Below are positions 8,955-16,256 of a stretch of 24,000 nucleotides of DNA, piece by piece; the first letter of the stretch is position 1; each line of letters begins with the position of its first letter. The DNA comes from Ignisphaera sp. (GTDB lineage Archaea > Thermoproteota > Thermoprotei_A > Sulfolobales > Ignisphaeraceae), in assembly GCA_025058535.1 (NCBI GenBank), contig JANXEL010000094.1, forward strand, positions 4,059-28,058, given 5' to 3'. The position numbers and the translations under genes are program-made. Under the pieces are notes generated by a model. That model was given only the letters and a program-made list of their open reading frames with translations. It did no database searches and was not told the origin of the DNA.

Positions 8955-9776
8955 CTACTTAATTAAGTAGGACAGTAATTTACGTAACTTTATTAGCACG
9001 CTTTTTCTGTAATGGGTCATAAACCCCCTATCTGCACCTACACCGATCTTAACCAATAGAACCCTATCCTCACTACCTGCAAGTTCTTCAATAACATCAC
9101 CATTTTCATCTATGGCAATAGTCGGCACATCAAGTAGAATTTCGCCTCTTCTAGTTATTGTTCCACCGATCATGATAACTGTACATCTAGTTTCAATTGC
9201 CCTCATCATAGCTAGGTATCTCTGTTTATTTAGATTCACATCTAGCGAGGGATAGAAAATAAGAACGTTAATACTCGCTAGATTCAATAGTAGCGAAATT
9301 TCTGGGTAGAGAATATCCTCTGCTATAACTACACCAACTTTAAATTTGCTCATATCGAGTATAGGTACCTCAATATTCGAACCATATCCTTCAAATGCCT
9401 CCAACTGTCTCACCACCCCCTTTACACCAAGCACGGGTATTGTAAGAAAGGCACTCCTATACAGTTTTGTACCCCTTCTCTCAAGTATGGGTCCTACTAG
9501 CAGGTGCTTATTGTACTTATTAGTTATAACACATATCTTCTGTGTCGTAGTACCTGGAATTGTTTCAGCAACCCGCTTGACCCTTCTGACAGTGGTGATT
9601 AGATAGTTATACAGTGGGATCCCGTTGATCATTTGAGGGGCAACTGCCAGATCTATACTACTACTTTCGCTCAGCTTCTCAACTATCCTTTCAATCTTTG
9701 TTATATTTCTGGCTCTGTTACCTACTTCTATGGAGCTGTGGATTACCGCTATTGAAACTTCGCTTGTCTCTAGCAT
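8955..9776 (-). CDS. Carbon-nitrogen hydrolase (nitrilase superfamily) homologue, predicted catalytically inactive
   Basis: 273 aa, colinear by eye with archaeal nitrilase-fold proteins (LYRSAFLT, KVGVVI.ED..YPE, ...RAIETRCTVIM). The E-K-C triad positions read Q48 (DLAVAPQ), Q124 (GVVRQLEAF) and A152 (VVIAEDILYPE). Its ATG at 9776 overlaps the reverse gyrase stop (ATGCTAG). Confidence 0.8.
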   Translation of the reverse strand: MLETSEVSIAVIHSSIEVGNRARNITKIERIVEKLSESSSIDLAVAPQMINGIPLYNYLITTVRRVKRVAETIPGTTTQKICVITNKYNKHLLVGPILERRGTKLYRSAFLTIPVLGVKGVVRQLEAFEGYGSNIEVPILDMSKFKVGVVIAEDILYPEISLLLNLASINVLIFYPSLDVNLNKQRYLAMMRAIETRCTVIMIGGTITRRGEILLDVPTIAIDENGDVIEELAGSEDRVLLVKIGVGADRGFMTHYRKSVLIKLRKLLSYLIK

Positions 9777-12700
9777 AACTTTCTGACCTCATCCCCATGT
9801 ATGTACGGCAGTACATACATGCACATCTCTCTGTGAAGTTCATTTATAATATCAACATAATCTAGTTTCCCCGTCTCTATGCGCTGCATCTTATCATATA
9901 GTATCCTCGTCTGTTCAATAGAAACCATGCTCTTTATCTCGTCTCTAACATATTTCAATAATCCTTCAATCATCCTCTTCATTGCACCGACGTCCGCTCT
10001 CTTACTAAGTTTACTTACTAAATTCGACAACACAATCTCCAGATCTAGTTTTGCCTCTGGATATTCTGTACCAGCTAATAGTGTGTACACCAGGAAGCCG
10101 TCCGCCGATGGTATTAGTACACCTCTCCTACTCGATTTTATCACATAGCCACGTCTCATCAATATCTCAACAATTTTTGCGTATGTACTGGGCCTCCCTA
10201 TACCAACACTCTTCATCCACCTAACTAAATCCCCCTGGGTAGGCAGCCTTACCTCACTTAACTTCACAGTTTTTATTTTAGATGGTGTTAACATAAGGTC
10301 ATGCCTGGGCACATGAATTATTCTAATGTTTGAGTATAACTCTGTAAATCCAGGTTCAACAATTCCCGTAGCTATCTCCATAATCTGTTGCCACACCTCA
10401 GAACCGTTGATGTATACTTTGATTAGATACTTTGTCTTCTCAATTTTTGCAGAATTCATCTGACTAGCTATAAATCTCCTGAATATCAGATCATAGAGTT
10501 TTAGATGGTGGTTGGCAAGTCTCATGGGTGTCTCTATAACTCCCTCTGCAATAAGCTCCTTCAGCTTATTAACATCGATAGCCCTCGTTGGTCTTATACA
10601 CTCATGCGCTCCTTCCCCACTCCAAGTTCTAGGATTGAAAAGCACCTCATAATCCTTTCCATACCTAACTTTAAGATATTCCCTAGCAATCGATATACCT
10701 GTAGGTGACGTTCTTACACTGTCGGTCCTGTGGTATGTTATAAATCCTGACTCAAAAAGATCTTGTGCGACATCCATTATCTCAGAAGCATCGAGGTGTA
10801 ATACCTTCTGGGCTTCAGCAATCAGCTCATCCGTTGTAAAAGGTGGTGGAGGATGTACAACCTCTGTGTACGAATCAATTAGTTTGAACTCCAGATGGAT
10901 TTTTGAAGGTGACAACCTAATAGATTTCCCTAAAACCCTATCTATGACACCTTGCGGAACTTCCACAACTATATCGTATGCACTGAAAAGCTTGCTTGTT
11001 CTAGAAGTGAGGATTCTAGTTATGTATAGCTCCAAAACCTTTCCCAAAATTGGCGTCTGGACACGTCCTGCACTCAGTCTACCCTCCTCAGCCTTTGGGT
11101 TTACATTCATTACTCTAAACACTTTAGTTACATACTCTGAGAGGGCGAACCCAAACCACCTATCCTCAATTCTTCTAGTTATTTGTGCCTCAACTAGCGA
11201 TAAGTTGATTCCACGTGGGTTACTTAAGGCTGAAAGAATGGCCCTCCTGGTAACCTCGTGAAACTCAACACGCTTTATACTCTTAGCATACGGGGCAAGG
11301 GCTACAGCTACATCATATGCTATCTTCTCTCCTTCAGCATCGGGATCCGTTGCGATAAGAACCTCATCAACTTCGAGAGCAAGTCTCTGAAGCATATTTA
11401 TGGTCTCCCTTGACGATTTCACCCTTCCAGAACCGCATATGGGACATCTATCACCTCTTACGAACTGAGTTCCGCAGCCCAAGCACCTCTTAATATAGTC
11501 GTACTTAGGTAGAAAGAGCGTTTTACCATTGTGGAAAACCCTTACTACGCCGTATATAGAGCTTTCCGAAGCCCCCTCTTCAACAACATCAAAAATGTGA
11601 CCCCCTGTTGCAGTAATCAGCAGATGCATCCTTCCAATGGTCGTCTCATACACTTTCAATCCATCATAGATCCTTGCCGTTGGCCTGCCAAAGAAGGAAG
11701 CTATAGTTCTGGCTTTATTAGGCGACTCTACAATAAATAGCACAATTCTTGATAATTCTCCTTTCCCTCTTCGCAAGACCTCAGGTACTACGCCCTGCTT
11801 TAGCATTCTAATCATATTTCTATCTTCATCTATCTCCCTAACGATCTCATCAATATTTAGCTTGTCAAATTCTTTGAACTCAAATTCATCAATGTAGAAC
11901 CTGAGTTTCTCTTCCAAGCCCCTCAAAAGCCTGTGGTCCTCTGCAAGAAGTATGGAGAGCCCCCTGGTAATCCCTCCAACGTATAATCTTGAAGTACGTC
12001 CGCATGCTTGCAGATATGTAGGAGCATCTGGTATGAGCATGTATAGAGCTCCATTCTCCTCGATGATTGATGTCCTCGGATTCTGCTTCAGCAATTCTAT
12101 CATTTCATAATCTGATAGAATACGCTTGACGTACTCATAGACTCTCTGAATAGTTCTGGATGTATTATCCTCCCTAACAGTACCCTGCTTCAGCTCATCA
12201 ACAATGGTTTTCAGCCTTTCAACAGACGTCCTCCTCATAATTCTGCGAACAGATGCCATCATCTTGGTTACTTCATCCCTTCTCCTATCCTCAACAACCT
12301 CTACCAGTACCGATAGTATCTTTAGGAGTGATTGAGGTGAATAATCAATCCTAGTTAGTGAAACCTTATGCCTAGGCACTCCAAGAAACACCACATATCT
12401 TATCCTCTCTGGAATATCAATGCCTCTAACAAGTAGTCCATAGTACGTTGCAACACCAACTAGGACCTCAACTTCATTGTTAATAAACCGCCGTAGAGCT
12501 CCTTGCTTCTTACTGATAACCAGATCTGCTTTCACCCCGCGATTCCTAAGTACATCTACAATAATCTGTGCATATTCTACTCCTAAGTCCTGAGGAACAA
12601 GGATTATTCCACCATTGCCTAGCCTATTGACGATCATGACAGCCTTATCCGCAGCATTTTCATACGATCCTACGTAGATATACGTATCAATAACATTTCT

Positions 12701-13759
12701 GTAGACCCCAGCAGTTGAACCTATACTAAACCCGAGCACCTCCTTAAATAATCTTATCCTCCTGCCCCTAGCTCTCCCAGTCGCTGAACTGACTATGAGA
12801 AGACCACACGTCTTTCTTTTCTCGATCATGATTTTAGAGTACTCGTCAATCAATTCTTGAATTGGTTTTCCATCAATCAGACACTCGCTGTCCGCATCTA
12901 TGCAGAATGCCATCCTTCTCCTTAAATCAATCAGTCTATAGCCCATCTCGATATCTTTTTCATCAAATCCCATTAGTCTTAGTATGTATTCTACGACTCT
13001 ACTGCCCTTCATTACGGCATCCACATCATCCACAAATATGAAGCCGAATCTGCCTTTCTTTTCAATAAAGTTCTTGAAGACCCTATCAAAACTTCTACGT
13101 AGATATGCTGGAGTAGATATTACGATGTCAAAGTATCCACCTCTTATATTCTCCTCTAGTTCAATTTTCCTCTTCGGAGACATTCTTGCATGTACTGCAG
13201 CTACGTTCAGTACAATGTTTAGTTTATTTAGAAATCTCTGAATTCTTTCCTCATATTGCTGAACCAGCACCGTAGTAGGGACCAGTATGTAGACCTTTTT
13301 ACCGAACTTGTATGCAAGGTATATTGACATAACTAGACCAAATGTTGTCTTCCCCACACCGGTTGGCGCTATCATTGCAAAACTCTGGTTCTGCGCTACT
13401 CGAAGAGCCCAGCTTCGCTCTAAACTCCATAGAGATCCCCCTACGGACACTGCAAAGAAATCCTCAAAATCCTTTACGAATTTCTGAAGGGTTATAACGT
13501 TGTACAGATTCCCACTGGGATTAGCATCTACGTACTTAGCCAGCTCCTCAATACTTTCTATGTGTACCACATCTCTACCTTTCATGCACTTCTTGCACGC
13601 ATTTCTATGTATTGACCTGCAGTCCTCTACAGCTCCACCACAATTGATGCAGGTGTTCAGATATATTCCTCTCGGTGTGTAGATTTTTTCAATAACACGT
13701 TGAGTACCATTGTCCGCGGTAAGGCTTAACGCTACGACTGTCCCTGACACTTTAGGCAT
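9770..13759 (-). CDS. rgy: Reverse gyrase (SF2 helicase-like domain fused to type IA topoisomerase)
   Basis: 1329 aa. The ATG at 13759 is preceded by GGAGAGG. Features in order: N-terminal Zn finger CINCGG...CKKC; helicase motifs APTGVGKTT, FVDDVD, SSATG, QACGRTSR; Toprim IVESPNKARTI and DPDAEGEKIA; an internal Zn ribbon CLGCG...CPICG; and the topo IA active site ITYHRTDS. Confidence 0.97.
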   Translation of the reverse strand: MPKVSGTVVALSLTADNGTQRVIEKIYTPRGIYLNTCINCGGAVEDCRSIHRNACKKCMKGRDVVHIESIEELAKYVDANPSGNLYNVITLQKFVKDFEDFFAVSVGGSLWSLERSWALRVAQNQSFAMIAPTGVGKTTFGLVMSIYLAYKFGKKVYILVPTTVLVQQYEERIQRFLNKLNIVLNVAAVHARMSPKRKIELEENIRGGYFDIVISTPAYLRRSFDRVFKNFIEKKGRFGFIFVDDVDAVMKGSRVVEYILRLMGFDEKDIEMGYRLIDLRRRMAFCIDADSECLIDGKPIQELIDEYSKIMIEKRKTCGLLIVSSATGRARGRRIRLFKEVLGFSIGSTAGVYRNVIDTYIYVGSYENAADKAVMIVNRLGNGGIILVPQDLGVEYAQIIVDVLRNRGVKADLVISKKQGALRRFINNEVEVLVGVATYYGLLVRGIDIPERIRYVVFLGVPRHKVSLTRIDYSPQSLLKILSVLVEVVEDRRRDEVTKMMASVRRIMRRTSVERLKTIVDELKQGTVREDNTSRTIQRVYEYVKRILSDYEMIELLKQNPRTSIIEENGALYMLIPDAPTYLQACGRTSRLYVGGITRGLSILLAEDHRLLRGLEEKLRFYIDEFEFKEFDKLNIDEIVREIDEDRNMIRMLKQGVVPEVLRRGKGELSRIVLFIVESPNKARTIASFFGRPTARIYDGLKVYETTIGRMHLLITATGGHIFDVVEEGASESSIYGVVRVFHNGKTLFLPKYDYIKRCLGCGTQFVRGDRCPICGSGRVKSSRETINMLQRLALEVDEVLIATDPDAEGEKIAYDVAVALAPYAKSIKRVEFHEVTRRAILSALSNPRGINLSLVEAQITRRIEDRWFGFALSEYVTKVFRVMNVNPKAEEGRLSAGRVQTPILGKVLELYITRILTSRTSKLFSAYDIVVEVPQGVIDRVLGKSIRLSPSKIHLEFKLIDSYTEVVHPPPPFTTDELIAEAQKVLHLDASEIMDVAQDLFESGFITYHRTDSVRTSPTGISIAREYLKVRYGKDYEVLFNPRTWSGEGAHECIRPTRAIDVNKLKELIAEGVIETPMRLANHHLKLYDLIFRRFIASQMNSAKIEKTKYLIKVYINGSEVWQQIMEIATGIVEPGFTELYSNIRIIHVPRHDLMLTPSKIKTVKLSEVRLPTQGDLVRWMKSVGIGRPSTYAKIVEILMRRGYVIKSSRRGVLIPSADGFLVYTLLAGTEYPEAKLDLEIVLSNLVSKLSKRADVGAMKRMIEGLLKYVRDEIKSMVSIEQTRILYDKMQRIETGKLDYVDIINELHREMCMYVLPYIHGDEVRKLC

Positions 13760-13800
13760 ACCTCTCCACTAATACCTAATCATCCGTTTATTAAAAACGA

Positions 13801-13808
13801 TATATAAA
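13801..13808 (-). promoter_or_regulatory. TATA box candidate (reverse strand TTTATATA) for reverse gyrase
   Basis: It lies about 41 nt upstream of the rgy ATG. That leaves a ~17-nt leader containing the GGAGAGG SD-like motif. The call rests on position and sequence only. Confidence 0.3.
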
Positions 13809-13825
13809 CTATGATAGCTTCAATT

Positions 13826-13884
13826 CAATCAGCGAAGAGAAGTCACATCACTTCCATTCAGGAGACCGTCGTTTCATCACAAGT
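13826..13884 (-). ncRNA. C/D box sRNA (2'-O-methylation guide), canonical dual-guide architecture
   Basis: The reverse strand reads GTGATGA (C, 13880-13874), AACGACGGTCTC (12 nt), CTGA (D', 13861-13858), ATGGAA, GTGATGT (C', 13851-13845), GACTTCTCTTCG (12 nt), CTGA (D, 13832-13829). A TATA-like TTATAATA lies about 25-30 nt upstream of the C box. The D' guide is complementary over 10 nt to the conserved LSU rRNA segment AGACCGUCGU (rRNA sequence from memory). Confidence 0.7.
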
Positions 13885-13942
13885 ATTTAAATAGCTAGCT
13901 AGGTATTATAAGTATTCATGGTATTAGTGTGACCGTAGATAT

Positions 13943-13999
13943 TAAGATGATGAAACCCCATTGAATGAATGCGTGATTTGACCTGTCTCAGCTGATCCT
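13943..13999 (+). ncRNA. C/D box sRNA (2'-O-methylation guide), divergent partner of the preceding one
   Basis: The forward strand reads ATGATGA (C, 13947-13953), AACCCCATTGAA (12 nt), TGAA (degenerate D'), TGC, GTGATTT (degenerate C', 13973-13979), GACCTGTCTCAG (12 nt), CTGA (D, 13992-13995). The D guide is complementary over 11 nt to the conserved LSU rRNA segment UGAGACAGGUC (from memory). Confidence 0.65.
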
Positions 14000-14963
14000 G
14001 AAAGCTCCTTACCTCAAATGGCTACTTTTGGTTAAACCGTTTAGTCCATCAGCTACAGCACTCCAAACCATAAAACCGGATATACCTTTCCAAAGCAACT
14101 AGTTCTGTGTAAGATCTGCAGCTAAATCTTAAACCTCTAACATTTGAATTGTCCATTAATGAGAGCATGATCGACACGCTGCAGCCAGGTAAAACCAGTG
14201 CTGTGGTAGGTCATACATCTGAGGATATAGCGTGGATGGAGCAGACGACTTTACCTATAAAAACCTGTGCTGCAATCTTGAGCTCATACACCACTATATA
14301 GATGAACCACCACTCGTACTGTGAATTAAATGGAAGTCTGTTGAAGGGTGATAGGAACATGACCTATGTGCAGTAAGTGTAAAGAATTTCCGTGGAAGAG
14401 TGCCAGAGAGGTTTTTGTGTGAATACAGTTAAAAGTAACTGCAGCAGGCTTTGAGATCTCACGGCGCTTTTGAAAGGATGGTTGTCAACAGTTTCATAAC
14501 CTTCCAGAGGACAAAAAGGAGGTGTACTTCAATACCCGTCAATCCAATGTCTACAGCTTCAAACAAATGAATAAATTAAAGTGCCGGGAGCTTTGCAGAC
14601 TGTAATCCCCGTGAAGTTTCCGAACTAAAATTGTAAATAACGTTAATTAACTAGGGCAGCACTGTCGGATAGGACCTTGGATTTGGTGAGAACCAGGGCT
14701 CAGAAATCTAATTTGAATATTATAGAGTTGAAAGAGTCGAGCGAAGAGTAGTTAGAGATGTTGAGGAATTAGAAACCGTGACCTACAGTTTCATGGGAGT
14801 TCTGCGGCATAGGGAAATTTCAGCGGAGAATGTAGAGGCTCTAGTGTAGGTAGGAAATAACTTTTGCCTTGGTAAGCCATGTAATTTAAGTTTTAAAGTA
14901 ATTGAAGTGAGCCCTAGTTAAGGTTCGGAACCCTATTGCAACATCAAATTCACCAGTGATTAC

Positions 14964-15022
14964 TTTATCAGCGATCGAAGGCTTCTTCACCAGCTCCGAT
15001 AAACCCCGTTCTCATCACCACA
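14964..15022 (-). ncRNA. C/D box sRNA (2'-O-methylation guide)
   Basis: The reverse strand reads GTGATGA (C, 15018-15012), GAACGGGGTTTA (12 nt), TCGG (degenerate D'), AGCTG, GTGAAGA (C', 14990-14984), AGCCTTCGATCG (12 nt), CTGA (D, 14971-14968). A TATA-like TATATAAT (reverse complement of 15045-15052) lies about 30 nt upstream. Targets were not identified. Confidence 0.6.
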
Positions 15023-15090
15023 TGTAGTATTACCTATGTCACAGATTATATAGGTTAACGCTTTATAAGAGATTTCACGGCGTTGCAAAA

Positions 15091-15384
15091 ATGGATAAAA
15101 AGATCCCTCCCCAGCTGCTCCTACTATCAATCATAGCTCAGAGTAGAGATGGTCTAACAATTGGCGATCTTGTAAGTAGATTACGAAGCATGTATAGAAA
15201 TGGTTGGAACTCATACTACAGCTTTGGCAAGCGTATAGACATTGGGATTCCAAGCGAACTCCTACAAGACATCAACGTGCTGAAATTGCTGAACCTTGTG
15301 GAAGAGAGGGGTAACAAGCTGGTTGCCACCCAAAAGGCGTACGACTTGCTCTCAAGGATAGAAAGTCACACGAATACCAGGTAA
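15091..15384 (+). CDS. Small hypothetical protein, possibly winged-helix DNA-binding
   Basis: 97-aa ORF with an ATG start. TTTATAAG at 15062-15069 lies 22-29 nt upstream, consistent with a leaderless transcript. The LTIGDLVSRL ... LLNLVEERGNKLVATQKAYDLL pattern resembles a wHTH recognition helix plus wing. The function call is weak. Confidence 0.6.
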   Translation: MDKKIPPQLLLLSIIAQSRDGLTIGDLVSRLRSMYRNGWNSYYSFGKRIDIGIPSELLQDINVLKLLNLVEERGNKLVATQKAYDLLSRIESHTNTR

Positions 15385-15396
15385 TTATTCTGTGTA

Positions 15397-15418
15397 TGAA
15401 GGCCTTCCCAGGCCTTTA
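15397..15418. terminator. Hairpin (8-bp stem TGAAGGCC/GGCCTTTA, 6-nt loop) between convergent genes
   Basis: Read directly: tgaaggcc-ttccca-ggccttta, including one G-U pair. It sits between the stop of 15091..15384 (+) and the stop of 15436..16206 (-). A role in termination is speculative for archaea. Confidence 0.3.
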
Positions 15419-15435
15419 GACAGTGGCTGTGGGTT

Positions 15436-16206
15436 TTAAAAATTCCAAAACTTACCACGGTGCTTAACAGCTGTGATCTGGTGTGCAACTGTTCCAATAA
15501 CGTATGCATTGTCGCTCCTAGTCTTTCGATACCCTATATACCCGCTACTTAGAATCTTTAGTCCCGATCTCACAAACACATCTACAAGTTCACCCAGTGA
15601 GTAGAGGTAGTAGTACCTCCAGTAGATCCTCCCTCTTTTTTTCCACGGTATGTAAAATTCCCTTACGTTATCCACTAACCTAAGCACGTAGAGCAGCATA
15701 TTTCTAAGAATAGATAATGCGAATCGCAGTTGCCTCCAGGACCATACAGTAACAACTATTATGCTAAGTGGCCTAGCTACACGACGTATCTCCCTCAGAA
15801 TTCTTAAACCATACACTCTAGGAATGTGGTGTAGCGAAGCTATAGATAGTATAGAATCTGCTGCGGAGTCCCTAATTGGAATAAAAAACATGTCTGCTGC
15901 AATCGCATCCCCCAGCACATTTTCCTTGACCATGTTCCTCCTACTTATTACGGCCATTGAAAGCGATATGTCCAGGCAGATGAGGTATCTTCCCTTCTTA
16001 TACCTGGTAGCATGGATTCCATTAACGCAGGAACCTGAACCCAGATCCAGAACTACACCACCTTTGATAACCCTGGCTATGGGCCAGGGTGCTGATCTGA
16101 GAATAGAGAAGGTGTCAGCTATTTCTTCGTACACTTGCAGAGTGTGGATAATCTTTGCCCTACCACTCACCTTTCTCCATATCGCACTGAACCCCATTAC
16201 AACCAC
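15436..16206 (-). CDS. trm9: Trm9-like class I SAM-dependent methyltransferase (tRNA wobble cm5U to mcm5U type)
   Basis: 256 aa (GTG at 16206; ATG three codons later). Trm9/ALKBH8-type blocks: VYEEIADTFSILRSAPWP, SAM motif VVLDLGSGSC, SIASLHHIP, ILREIRRVARP...VTVWSWRQ. It lies directly downstream of elp3. Confidence 0.8.
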   Translation of the reverse strand: MVVMGFSAIWRKVSGRAKIIHTLQVYEEIADTFSILRSAPWPIARVIKGGVVLDLGSGSCVNGIHATRYKKGRYLICLDISLSMAVISRRNMVKENVLGDAIAADMFFIPIRDSAADSILSIASLHHIPRVYGLRILREIRRVARPLSIIVVTVWSWRQLRFALSILRNMLLYVLRLVDNVREFYIPWKKRGRIYWRYYYLYSLGELVDVFVRSGLKILSSGYIGYRKTRSDNAYVIGTVAHQITAVKHRGKFWNF

Positions 16207-16256
16207 CAGCTGAGATGCGGCATTTTGATGACACTCTAATTTTGAGGATGCTACTT

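Noticed and set aside
9346-13682. Antisense ORFs within the nitrilase-like and reverse gyrase genes (9346..9606, 9879..10148, 10505..10708, 10866..11261, 11531..11740, 12984..13241, 13500..13682).
   Set aside because: They are shadow ORFs inside genes with unambiguous motifs on the other strand.
9770-13759. Reverse gyrase is long (1329 aa). I considered an intein or an inserted domain.
   Set aside because: There are no intein blocks (no C/S...HN-C/S/T junctions) and no discontinuity in the motif order. The extra length appears spread over an N-terminal extension and linker regions.
14384-14503. ORB-like dyads (TTTCCGTGGAAG at 14387-14398; TTCCAGAGGA at 14492-14501) suggesting a replication origin in the ORF-free island.
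   Set aside because: These are single, imperfect copies, one base short of the TTCCAGTGGAAA-type core that I recall. There are no repeated ORB set flanking an unwinding element and no adjacent orc1/cdc6 or whiP gene. I kept this only as a low-probability hypothesis under the island finding.
14653-14710. tRNA-like start GGGCAGCAC... with a 6-bp hairpin CCTTGG/CCAGGG.
   Set aside because: No D-arm or T-arm (GTTCRANYC) can be formed, and no acceptor-stem complement is present.
14488-14794. Exact 10-nt direct repeat ACAGTTTCAT (14488-14497 and 14785-14794).
   Set aside because: About one such chance match is expected among all 10-mer pairs in a 1.3-kb stretch. The flanks show no similarity.
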